Below, piece after piece: positions 1 to 8,629 of a stretch of DNA of 64,000 nt (position 1 is its first letter; the number at the start of each line of letters is the position of its first letter). Origin of the DNA: Myxococcales bacterium. GTDB taxonomy: Bacteria > Myxococcota_A > Polyangia > Polyangiales > DASUME01. The DNA is taken from contig JASGJH010000001.1 in NCBI GenBank assembly GCA_047601445.1, forward strand, positions 9,280,001 to 9,344,000. The letters run 5' to 3'. The notes under the pieces are model-generated. The model was not told the DNA's origin. It searched no databases and was given only the letters and a program-made list of their open reading frames with translations. A program made the translations under genes and the position numbers.

Positions 1-170
1 GCGCTGGATCCGCAGCTCGACGTGACCCGCCGAACGGCAGCCCTGAGGCTCCGTTATCGCTTCTGAGCGTTCGAGGAGCGGTTCGCGCCGTCACTCGCGC
101 TTCACCCCGAACGACGTTGTGCGCCAACTGCCTGGTGATACGTGTCGCTCGCGGCAGCCAGAGGTCACGC

Positions 171-1925
171 GTGCGCCTGCGGATTCCAAGCGTTCTCATC
201 GTGGTCACGTGCTGTGCGTGCGGCGTCAGCGCGGACCCCAGCCTCGGTGCGCTGGACGACGCCGGTGGCGTGCTCGACGCAGCAACCCATGCGGACGCTG
301 GGGCGCTGCCTTTGGAGCCCACGACGGACGCCGGTGACGAGGCGGACGCCGCGCTGCACGAGCCCGATTTTTGCGCGCAGATGGCAGCACGCGCGGGTGT
401 GAGCTTGCCCGGCTCGAGCGGCGTTTCCTGGGCACGTCTGTTGTGCGACACGCTCGACCTGACGCGCTTCACGCGCGCGCCCGACGTTCCGTATCAAGCC
501 AAGCTGGCATCGAGCTACGACCGTGCCTCCACGCGCGAGGGAGAGAGCGGTTGGTATGCGAACACCGACCGCGGCATGTACCTGCGGGCCGAGGGCGACG
601 AACACGTGATGATGGAGGACTTCGGTCCGGGGGCCATCACGCGGCTATGGTCACCCACGCCGAGCGGGCGATTGCGCATCTACATCGACGACCGCGACGA
701 GCCCGCCCTCGACGTCGACATGCGGGAGTTTCTCTCGGGCAGCTTCGAGGCGCCCTGGGGAAGTCCGTTCGTGTTCGTCGCCGGGGAAGGCTACAGCGCC
801 TATTTTCCCATCCCGTACGGCCACTACGCTCGCGTCTCCACCACCACCAGCGAAGCGCTGTACTACCAGGTCGACTATCGCAGCTATCCCGAAGGCGTGG
901 CCGTGGAGTCCTTCTCGCGCGCTGGCCTGAGCGCCCTCGCGCCACTTGCGCAAGAACTCGCCAGGCTCATCGAGGACCCCGCGCGCGAACCGGCGTTGTC
1001 TAGCCCGCGCGAGCTGAGCCTTGCGTTCGACGACGCACACCACGAGCGCGCGACGCAGCTCGAGCCGAGTGTGATCCGCGAGCTCTCCCTGGAGGGCTTT
1101 CGAGCTGACGAAGGCTGGTTGCGCGCGACGCGCCTGATCATGCTGGTAGATGGTGAGCGCAGCATCGATGCGCCCATCGGCGACTTGTTCGGCTCGGGGC
1201 AAGGGCTGAACCCCCACGTGAGTCGCGTGAGCTCGGTGAGCGAGCGAACACTCAGCCTGCGCTGGCCCATGCCCGTGCGAGGTGAGGTGCGCTTCCGGCT
1301 GGAGTCGAACGGCGGAGAGCTGGGAAGCTTGAGCCTGCGCATGCGCTACACGCCCGGGCTCCCGACGGGACACCGTCTCTTCCGTGCACGCTGGACGGGC
1401 GTGCAAACCTTCGACACCGAGAACCCGCTCGACTGGACGCCGCTCCACACCATGGGCCAGGGCTGGTACGTGGGCACGCTCCTCAACATCACCAACGCGA
1501 GTCCGGCTTGGTGGGGCGAAGGAGACGAGAAAATCTTCGTGGACGGCGAGGCCTGGCCAAGCCATTTCGGCACCGGTACGGAGGACTACTTCGGCTTCGG
1601 TTGGTGCTCGAACGAGACCTTCTCCGAGCCCTGGATCGGCCAAACGCGTGCGGACGGTCCGCTGAACTGGGGCCGCGCTTCCATGTATCGCTGGCACATC
1701 CCGGACGCCATGCCCTTCGAGCGCGAGCTGCGCTTCAAGCTGGAGGTTCAGCACTGGGTGCAGAGCCCGTTCTCCAGCCAGTTGGCCCAAGACGTGATTG
1801 TCGTCTGGTACGCCGAGCCGGGCGTGCCGCAGCCCATCGATTCCCTGGCGGACGCGGCCTTCACGTTAGCCCCGCTCACTTCTGCCAAGCCGCTCTTGCC
1901 GGGTGGTCCTTTCGCGTGCAAGTAG
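171..1925 (+). CDS. DUF2961 / glycoside hydrolase family 172-like lipoprotein
   Basis: GTG at 171 with GAGG upstream; lipobox-like VTCCAC; DUF2961 motifs GPGAITRLW and WWGEGDEKIFVDGE...FGTGTEDYFG. Confidence 0.8.
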   Translation: MRLRIPSVLIVVTCCACGVSADPSLGALDDAGGVLDAATHADAGALPLEPTTDAGDEADAALHEPDFCAQMAARAGVSLPGSSGVSWARLLCDTLDLTRFTRAPDVPYQAKLASSYDRASTREGESGWYANTDRGMYLRAEGDEHVMMEDFGPGAITRLWSPTPSGRLRIYIDDRDEPALDVDMREFLSGSFEAPWGSPFVFVAGEGYSAYFPIPYGHYARVSTTTSEALYYQVDYRSYPEGVAVESFSRAGLSALAPLAQELARLIEDPAREPALSSPRELSLAFDDAHHERATQLEPSVIRELSLEGFRADEGWLRATRLIMLVDGERSIDAPIGDLFGSGQGLNPHVSRVSSVSERTLSLRWPMPVRGEVRFRLESNGGELGSLSLRMRYTPGLPTGHRLFRARWTGVQTFDTENPLDWTPLHTMGQGWYVGTLLNITNASPAWWGEGDEKIFVDGEAWPSHFGTGTEDYFGFGWCSNETFSEPWIGQTRADGPLNWGRASMYRWHIPDAMPFERELRFKLEVQHWVQSPFSSQLAQDVIVVWYAEPGVPQPIDSLADAAFTLAPLTSAKPLLPGGPFACK

Positions 1926-1968
1926 GGCCTGTTGCAGCGCGGTCACCGTTGATTTAGAGGTCGTTCGC

Positions 1969-3006
1969 ATGTCTTTCGTCCGAGTTCCGTCGCGCGCCGG
2001 CTGGCTTCATCGCCAGGCCGCCCTGGGCACGATCCTGGGCTGGGGCCTGTGGGGCTGCACGGAACCCAAGTTCGTCGACTTGCCCTGCGACGCCGGCAGT
2101 TGCGCGGATGCCGGCGCGGACCACGACCCCACGCCGGCCCCTGATGCAGGCGACGACGCCGGCCGCGATGCGGGCCACACCAGCCAGCAGACCGATACGA
2201 CTTGGGGTGCTGGCATGGTCGGCAAGTACGCCATGCGGATCCGCTTCTACAGCAAGGGGAGCATCGACGGTTCACACTACGACCACGAGATCTTGATGCT
2301 GGCTGACATCACGCAGGACCCGAGCGGGCGCGTGTCGATGGACGCGCAGCGTTGCCAGGATCTCGGCCATGCGTACTCGAAGATCGTGCCCGGAGGCGTG
2401 CAGACCTTCGAGTGGCCCCATGCGGCCAATCTGCCCAAGGAACGCTTCGAGCTGGCGTTCTCCAACGAGACTTTCTACACGCTGCCCGGCTCCCCGCGCG
2501 CGCTCGGCTACGAGGCAGACAAGCCCGCGGGCTGTGCCACCGGCGACACCCAGCCGGCGGGGCAAGGACGCCCCTGGCTCGCGGACGGCACCTGCGCGTG
2601 TCGCGCCGAGAGCTTGCCCACCACCATCGACGACTGTCGCGTGACCGACGCGGACCAAGACGGCGAGCCTGGACTCACGGTGAAGCAGAGCGGGCTCTAC
2701 AACGGCGAGAACTACGTGCGCATCCAGGACTCCTGCCAAATCGTGGCCGGGTCGATCGCCAAGAACGGACAGCACAGGGCCCAGTACGTGGAGGACTACG
2801 ACTTCCGCGAGCTCGAGTGTTCGGGCGGGAGCTGCGCCTCCGGCACCGTGATCGGCTGTCTCTCCAAGTTCAATCCCGTGGAGTTCGAGCCCCTGAGCGG
2901 CAGCCAGAGCGGCTGGGACTGCAGCACGCTGCTGACGCAGGTCAAAGCCGGCACGGTGTTCTCGGGGGATAAGCTGGCTTTCCCGGACGGCTGCGATCCA
3001 CACTAG
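1969..3006 (+). CDS. Cys-rich hypothetical lipoprotein
   Basis: ATG 1969 after GAGG; signal ending LWGC, DAG-rich linker, many Cys, DADQDGEPG Ca-binding-like motif. Confidence 0.7.
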   Translation: MSFVRVPSRAGWLHRQAALGTILGWGLWGCTEPKFVDLPCDAGSCADAGADHDPTPAPDAGDDAGRDAGHTSQQTDTTWGAGMVGKYAMRIRFYSKGSIDGSHYDHEILMLADITQDPSGRVSMDAQRCQDLGHAYSKIVPGGVQTFEWPHAANLPKERFELAFSNETFYTLPGSPRALGYEADKPAGCATGDTQPAGQGRPWLADGTCACRAESLPTTIDDCRVTDADQDGEPGLTVKQSGLYNGENYVRIQDSCQIVAGSIAKNGQHRAQYVEDYDFRELECSGGSCASGTVIGCLSKFNPVEFEPLSGSQSGWDCSTLLTQVKAGTVFSGDKLAFPDGCDPH

Positions 3007-3050
3007 CGGCCCATGAGCGTCACGAGCGGCGCATGGGTATCGGTGAAAGC

Positions 3051-4061
3051 ATGACGAGCGAACAGCGCGGGCTGTGTGAGGTGGGTGCGGGCGTCTTCGC
3101 GTACCTGCAGGTGGGTGGCTGGGGCTACAGCAATGCGGGACTGGTCACGAGTGCGGGATCCTCGCTGTTGGTGGATACGCTCTACGACCTGAAGTTGACG
3201 CGGGTCATGCTCGACGAAATGCAGCGGCGCACGCCAGCGCAGCGCATCGACAGCGTGGTGAACACCCATGCCAACGGCGATCATTGCTGGGGCAATCAGC
3301 TGGTGGGCTCGGCCAAGATCATCAGCTCGCGTGCCGCGGCCGAGGAGATGCTCGAGCTCTCGCCGCGCTTGATGCACACCATGGTGCAAGCGGCCCGTGC
3401 CATCGTGCGTCTGGGGCCCTTGGCCAAGCTGCCACTCTCACTGCTCGGTCGCCTGCGCGTGCCGCGGGTCAGGGCGTTGGCGGAGGCTGCGCCGTTCATC
3501 GTGGAGATCTTCGGTGGCTTCGACTTCGGGGCCATCTCATTGCGGGCACCGGACACGACCTTCGAGGACCGTCTGGTGCTCCAGGTGGGCGACAAGCAGG
3601 TGCACCTGATCGAAGTGGGGCCGGCGCATACCAAGGGCGACGTCATCGTGTACGTGCCCGAAGATCGCGTGGTCTTCACGGGCGACATTCTTTTCATGGG
3701 CAGCCATCCCATCGTCTGGGCAGGGCCGATCGACAACTGGATCCGCGCCTGCGACCTCATCCTCGAGCTCGAAGTAGACCGCGTGGTGCCGGGTCACGGA
3801 CCGCTCACGGACAAGCAAGGCGTGAAGAGTACGCGGGACTACTGGCAGCGATTGCAGCAGGTCGCCGAGCAGGCCAGCGCAGCGGGCGCGTCCGAGCAGC
3901 ACATCTTGCGGGAGCTCGAGGGACAGCAGAGTTGGCGTGAGGCCGAGCGGCTGGTGGCCAACGTCGAAGTGGCGCTGCGCGAGCTCGCGAACGTGCGCAC
4001 TCCTCGTGACCCGGTGGACGTGATGGCCAGCATGGCGCGCTACGCGGGGCGCGGCGCCTGA
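3051..4061 (+). CDS. MBL-fold metallo-hydrolase (cyclase-like)
   Basis: NTHANGDH, AHTKGD, FTGD, VPGHG motifs. Confidence 0.9.
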   Translation: MTSEQRGLCEVGAGVFAYLQVGGWGYSNAGLVTSAGSSLLVDTLYDLKLTRVMLDEMQRRTPAQRIDSVVNTHANGDHCWGNQLVGSAKIISSRAAAEEMLELSPRLMHTMVQAARAIVRLGPLAKLPLSLLGRLRVPRVRALAEAAPFIVEIFGGFDFGAISLRAPDTTFEDRLVLQVGDKQVHLIEVGPAHTKGDVIVYVPEDRVVFTGDILFMGSHPIVWAGPIDNWIRACDLILELEVDRVVPGHGPLTDKQGVKSTRDYWQRLQQVAEQASAAGASEQHILRELEGQQSWREAERLVANVEVALRELANVRTPRDPVDVMASMARYAGRGA

Positions 4062-4250
4062 GGGCGCGTTCGGCCCTCGAGAGCGAGGCTTTCTCCGCGA
4101 AACGACGAGCGATTCAGGGCGTCCGCACGGCTCGCCGAGGCTTCGCCCTGGGCAGGGGAAACATGCCGCGTCCGGGGACGTAGACATTCGGGCGTGCCGA
4201 ACCTCGCCCCGACGGAGCTAGGCTCGCTCGAGAGAGGGGAGCGCATCGCC

Positions 4251-5120
4251 ATGGCCGAAGAGAACAACGACATCATCATCGCTGCCTGGAACACGGTGTT
4301 GTTCGAGAAGTTCTGCCGCTTCAAGCACCTGATGATCGCGGGCCTCGCCAACCACAGCAAGGAAGCCCTGGCTCGACACAAGCATCCCCAGGGGGCGCGC
4401 GTGCTGGACGTGGGCTGCGGCTTCGGCGACAGCACCCTGGCCATCGCGCGCAGCGTGGGCCCTGCGGGCGAAGCCGTGGGCGTCGATTGCGCCGCGAACT
4501 TCATCCACGCGGCCGAGCAAGAGGCGCGCGCCGAGAACGTGAGCAATGCGAGCTTCCGCGTGGCCGACGTGCAGACTGAACCGCTCGGCGGTCCCTACGA
4601 CTACGCGTTCGCCCGCTTCGGTACGATGTTCTTCAACTTACCTGGCGCCGCCATGCGCAACATCCGCCGACACCTCAAGCCTGGCGGCGAGTTCACCCAG
4701 ATCGTCTGGCGCATTCGCCAGGACAATCCCTGGCTGTTCGAAGCCGAGCAACGCGTACGTGAGCTGGTGCCGGTGGTGCGGCACGAAGACACCGATCAGG
4801 TGCACTGCGGCCCGGGGCCGTTCTCCATGTCGGGGCCGGACCTGGTCAGCTCCATGATGCGCGGCGCGGGCTTCGATCGCATCACCTTCGAGCGCTTCGA
4901 CGCGGACATCTGCATCGGCCGTACCCTGGACGAAGCCGTGGAGTTCGGCATGGCGCTCGGGCCGGCCGGTGAGATCATCCGCTTGGCAGGCGCCGAGGGC
5001 GAAAAGCGCGCGCCCCAGGTGCGTGCGGCGCTGCGCGAAGTATTTTCGCCTTACACGAGCGAGCGCGGTGTGTGGGGGCCTTCGAGCACCTGGTTCATCA
5101 CGGCCCGCAATCCCGCCTGA
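4251..5120 (+). CDS. Class I SAM-dependent methyltransferase
   Basis: VLDVGCGFG, ARFGTMFF, LKPGG; purine-rich RBS before ATG 4251. Confidence 0.9.
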   Translation: MAEENNDIIIAAWNTVLFEKFCRFKHLMIAGLANHSKEALARHKHPQGARVLDVGCGFGDSTLAIARSVGPAGEAVGVDCAANFIHAAEQEARAENVSNASFRVADVQTEPLGGPYDYAFARFGTMFFNLPGAAMRNIRRHLKPGGEFTQIVWRIRQDNPWLFEAEQRVRELVPVVRHEDTDQVHCGPGPFSMSGPDLVSSMMRGAGFDRITFERFDADICIGRTLDEAVEFGMALGPAGEIIRLAGAEGEKRAPQVRAALREVFSPYTSERGVWGPSSTWFITARNPA

Positions 5121-5135
5121 GCTCGGGCTTGTCCG

Positions 5136-6026
5136 TCATCCGATGCCGAGCGCGCGCAGGTCGAGCCTGCCTGCGTCGACCGGAGGACACCAGTAGTAGC
5201 TGGTGGCGAGGATACGCGAGAAGCGGAACAAGCCGTCGGTGATGCCGTCCTCGAGGCCCACCATGCGCTTGAGCTGCGCCTCGAACGAGTAAAAGGAGCT
5301 CCCGAACGCCACGAACATCAAGCCCGAGGTCAGGCCATCGAGCCAGGGCATCGAGCGCCGCAGCATGAAGGCCTCCGGGCTGAAGCTCTCTGGGGCCGTG
5401 CGCTTCACGTGAGAGGACTCGGGCGCGTCCTCGAGCTCGACGTTGTCGGCGCGTCGACGGCCGATGATGTGATCTTGTTCTTCCGCGGGGTAGCGATCGA
5501 AGCGCTTGAGGTCGTGGGACCAACTCTGCACCGCCACCATGCTCGAGCCCGGAAGACCAGGCTTGCCATCGGCCACGAGCGCGGCCTCCAGGGCGTCGTC
5601 GCCCGTGGGATTCTCGGTGCCGTCGATGTAGCCGGTGAGGTCGCGTCCTTCGCGGTGACGGAAGCCGTCCACCACGCTCTCGAGCTCGAAGGCTTGCTCG
5701 AGCGCCGTCGTCAGCCGTTGTCCGCGATGCAGCAGCTCTCCTCGGTCGCTGCCGCGCAGCCACAACCAGAGCGCGCGCGGAGTGGCGGGCACGGGCTGCA
5801 AGGCACCCTCGTAGCTGGGCGCCTCGTGCAGGTTCGGGATCTTGGCTCCAAGGCGGGCCACGGTGCTCGGCCCGATGCCCACCACGGTCTCCACGCCGTC
5901 GGCGAGTTGTGCCAGGCGCGTGAGGGCGTCGCGCGGGTTCTGCTCGGGAACGAGGCGGAAACTCAGGTAGCGACCGAGCGGCGGTAGAGGGTCGAGGATG
6001 CCGGATTGCGCGTTGGTTTCAGCCAT
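5136..6026 (-). CDS. Dyp-type peroxidase
   Basis: DLTGYIDGTENP (GxxDG), SHVKR proximal His, MLRRSMPW. Confidence 0.92.
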   Translation of the reverse strand: MAETNAQSGILDPLPPLGRYLSFRLVPEQNPRDALTRLAQLADGVETVVGIGPSTVARLGAKIPNLHEAPSYEGALQPVPATPRALWLWLRGSDRGELLHRGQRLTTALEQAFELESVVDGFRHREGRDLTGYIDGTENPTGDDALEAALVADGKPGLPGSSMVAVQSWSHDLKRFDRYPAEEQDHIIGRRRADNVELEDAPESSHVKRTAPESFSPEAFMLRRSMPWLDGLTSGLMFVAFGSSFYSFEAQLKRMVGLEDGITDGLFRFSRILATSYYWCPPVDAGRLDLRALGIG

Positions 6027-6116
6027 GGCCAAGGGGTACTCGATCGATGACGGTCACGCCAAGGGGGCGCGAGTGCCGACCGAGCGCCCCCGCGCGGCAT
6101 GGGGCTCCGTACTGTC

Positions 6117-7010
6117 TCAGTCCGGCAACATGGAGAGCTCGAGTCGAGCCAATTCGGCCGGATCGCCCAGGACCTCCAGGCGCACGATCTTGCCGGCCTC
6201 GAGCGTGAAGCGCAGCACGCGCAGCAGATGGCCCTGCGGCGCCACCACCAGGCCCACGCTGCCGTCGATGAGCGCAGGTCGTGCTGCACGAGCCCCGCGC
6301 GCCAGGGCGATGGCCTGCGCCGCCGCCTCACGCGCGCCCCGCAGATCACTGGCCACACCGCCAGGCATGGACGCAGCGTCCGCGTGGACTTCCACATCCG
6401 GGTGCAGGACCGCGAGCAGGCCCTGAAAGTCCCCACCGCGCAGCGCCGTCAAGAAGGCGCCTACCACCTCTCGATGTTGGGCGAGATCCTCGGCGCTGCC
6501 GCGCGGCGCTCCCTGCACGCGACGTCGAGCGCGACTGGCCAGCTGCCGCGTGGCGTCGAGGGAGCGTCCCACAATCTGGGCGATCTCTTCGAAGGGCACG
6601 GCGAACATGTCGTGAAGCACGAACGCGAGGCGCTCGGGTGGGGCCAGGGTCTCCAGCACCACGAGCAGCGCGAGCCCCACGGAGTCCGCCATCATGGTCT
6701 CGCTTTCGGGGTCCGGACTCGTCGCGGGAAAGGGGGCGGCGCCATGCGCGGAGGGAGCCTCGAGCGAGTCTTCGCGGCGGGCCTTGCGACTTCGCAGCAT
6801 GTCGAGGCAGATGCGGGCCGTCACGGTGGTGAGCCAGCCCGCGAGGTTCGCCACGTCGCCGGTCTCGGCGCGGCTCAGGCGCAGCCAGGTCTCCTGGACC
6901 GCATCCTCTGCTTCGCTCAGCGAGCCCAGCATGCGATAGGCCACGCCGCGCAGGTGCGCGCGATTGTTCTCGAAGGCCGTCACCAAGAGGTCGTGTTCCA
7001 CCGCTGCCAT
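6117..7010 (-). CDS. ECF sigma-70 factor with C-terminal SnoaL-like extension (ECF41/SigJ-like)
   Basis: AYRMLGSLSEAEDAVQETWLR region 2, ERLAFVLHDMF..FEEIA region 4, SnoaL-like tail; canonical WLPEP linker absent. Confidence 0.88.
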   Translation of the reverse strand: MAAVEHDLLVTAFENNRAHLRGVAYRMLGSLSEAEDAVQETWLRLSRAETGDVANLAGWLTTVTARICLDMLRSRKARREDSLEAPSAHGAAPFPATSPDPESETMMADSVGLALLVVLETLAPPERLAFVLHDMFAVPFEEIAQIVGRSLDATRQLASRARRRVQGAPRGSAEDLAQHREVVGAFLTALRGGDFQGLLAVLHPDVEVHADAASMPGGVASDLRGAREAAAQAIALARGARAARPALIDGSVGLVVAPQGHLLRVLRFTLEAGKIVRLEVLGDPAELARLELSMLPD

Positions 7011-7030
7011 CCCTTTGTGTGTCCGATCTT

Positions 7031-7057
7031 GACGCGCGAGCTGGCCCGAGTGTGACA
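7031..7057 (-). promoter_or_regulatory. ECF41-type promoter for the sigma gene (TGTCACA-N16-CGTC)
   Basis: Minus strand reads TGTCACA (7057-7051), 16 nt, CGTC (7034-7031): exact ECF41 consensus. Confidence 0.85.
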
Positions 7058-7112
7058 GGGACGAGTGCGTTTTTTTCGCCGCCAGGAAGAACCCGGTTTC
7101 TTCTGGCAAGAG

Positions 7113-7139
7113 CGTCACAAAACCTGCGCGAGCCGCGTC
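7113..7139 (+). promoter_or_regulatory. ECF41-type promoter for the CMD/AhpD gene (cGTCACA-N16-CGTC)
   Basis: GTCACA 7114-7119, 16 nt, CGTC 7136-7139. Confidence 0.8.
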
Positions 7140-7193
7140 ACCTCCACGAACCAACGAATCACACGCCGACTCGAGGCGAACCTGGAGGACCTG

Positions 7194-7655
7194 ATGTTGC
7201 AAGCCCGAATGAAGAACCCCGCTTTCGTCGTTCCCGACGCCATGCAACCGCTGCTCGCGGTGGGCGGTGCCGCCAAGAAGGCCGGGGTGCCCGAGCGCAC
7301 CCTCAATCTCGTTTACCTGCGCGCGAGCCAAATCAACGGCTGCACCTTCTGCATGGACATGCACACGCGTGAGGCGAAGAAGGCGGGCGAGACCGACGAG
7401 CGCCTATTCACCGTGGCCGGCTTCCGCGAAGCGCCCTTCTTCAGCGACGCCGAGCGCGCCGCGCTGGCGCTCACCGAGGCGGCTACCCGCATGAGCGACC
7501 GCGAGAACCCAGTCTCCGACGAAGTCTGGCAGGCCGCGAGCCAGCACTACGATGAGGTCCAGCTGGCAGCCCTGGTGCTCAACATCGGCATGATCAACCT
7601 GTGGAACCGACTGAACGTGACGACGCGGCAGATTGCTGGGACGCCCTGGCGTTAG
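7194..7655 (+). CDS. Carboxymuconolactone decarboxylase / AhpD family protein
   Basis: RASQINGCTFCMDMH (CxxC), INLWNRLN; GGAGG RBS; typical ECF41 target class. Confidence 0.92.
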   Translation: MLQARMKNPAFVVPDAMQPLLAVGGAAKKAGVPERTLNLVYLRASQINGCTFCMDMHTREAKKAGETDERLFTVAGFREAPFFSDAERAALALTEAATRMSDRENPVSDEVWQAASQHYDEVQLAALVLNIGMINLWNRLNVTTRQIAGTPWR

Positions 7656-7681
7656 CAGACGTCCCCGAACTACCTTCAATG

Positions 7682-7750
7682 GCTCACGCTGACCTCGACC
7701 TGGTCGGCAACGTGGACCCAACGTTCACGGCCACCACCACGTTCGCGACC
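7682..7750. repeat. Degenerate copy of the intergenic GCTCAC-headed repeat family
   Basis: GCTCACG head followed by roughly 6-nt periodic GAC/AAC/CAC units, between convergent genes. Confidence 0.4.
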
Positions 7751-7792
7751 AGCAGGTTTGTCGGCGAGCGGCCGGCGGAGCTAGTCAGCTGC

Positions 7793-8620
7793 CTATCGAC
7801 CCGAGATGCCCATGCGCCAGCGCTCGAAGCGAACGGTAATGGGCTCCGAGCGTGCGGGGACGGCGCGTCCCGAAGCGTCGCGTGCAGGCTCGAACAACAC
7901 GTTGCGTGCGCAGCTCAAGGCAGCCTCCGAGAACAGCTTGGACGAGCTCGAGACGACTTCACCGCTCAGCATGCGTCCATGGGCCCCGACGTGGACACGC
8001 ACGACCACGCGCTCCGAGTCGCCGTCGAGGTCTTCGCCGTCCGGGGGCCACGGGCAGCGCAGGCTGCTCGTCGGCGCCTCCGGGTAGGGCCGCGCGAGTC
8101 CGCCGCCGCTGCTCCCGGCCAAATCGGTTCCCGAGCCAGCTGTGCCCGCTCCGCTCTCCCCGACGAGTGCAGAGCCCGACGTCTCCGTGCCCTGCCCGGA
8201 AGAAAGCGGCTCGGTCGCCGCGGCCGACACGGGGACGACGAAAGCAGCGTCCACGTCGTCAGCCGTCAGCACGCCAGCTGGCGCGCCCGGGCTGGCGGCC
8301 GTCTTGCGTTGCGCGCGCGGAGCCAAAGGCTTGCGTTTGTGCGCGCTCGCGGCCATTTCTGCTTTGGGGGCCGCGGCATCAGGGCGCTGCAGTCCCGGAG
8401 TGCCCAGTCCATCGCCCGGTAACAACGTCGAGAACGGCACCTCGTGCGCGTCGTGAGCGTGCTGCGTGCGCGGTGCGGGGCTTGGCGCGAGTCGGGCCGA
8501 CCGACCGAGCTCGCCAGCTCGACTGAACAACACGAGCGCATGCAACAACGCCGCCACGCAGATCCAAGCGATCTGCTGCGGCGACGAGGGTTCCCGCTGC
8601 GTCTGGAGCGCGCGTGCCAC
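7793..8620 (-). CDS. Energy transducer TonB-like protein
   Basis: N-terminal TM with ALLH, Pro/Ala/Gly-rich linker, C-terminal VVVRVHV...FEPARDASGRAV TonB_C fold. Confidence 0.75.
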   Translation of the reverse strand: MARALQTQREPSSPQQIAWICVAALLHALVLFSRAGELGRSARLAPSPAPRTQHAHDAHEVPFSTLLPGDGLGTPGLQRPDAAAPKAEMAASAHKRKPLAPRAQRKTAASPGAPAGVLTADDVDAAFVVPVSAAATEPLSSGQGTETSGSALVGESGAGTAGSGTDLAGSSGGGLARPYPEAPTSSLRCPWPPDGEDLDGDSERVVVRVHVGAHGRMLSGEVVSSSSKLFSEAALSCARNVLFEPARDASGRAVPARSEPITVRFERWRMGISGR

Positions 8621-8629
8621 GTGCGACGT

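Noticed and set aside
5136..5170. DyP C-terminus RLDLRALGIG as an encapsulin cargo-loading peptide
   Set aside because: It follows the fold directly with no flexible linker, lacks the GSL..GSL pattern, and no encapsulin gene is in the window
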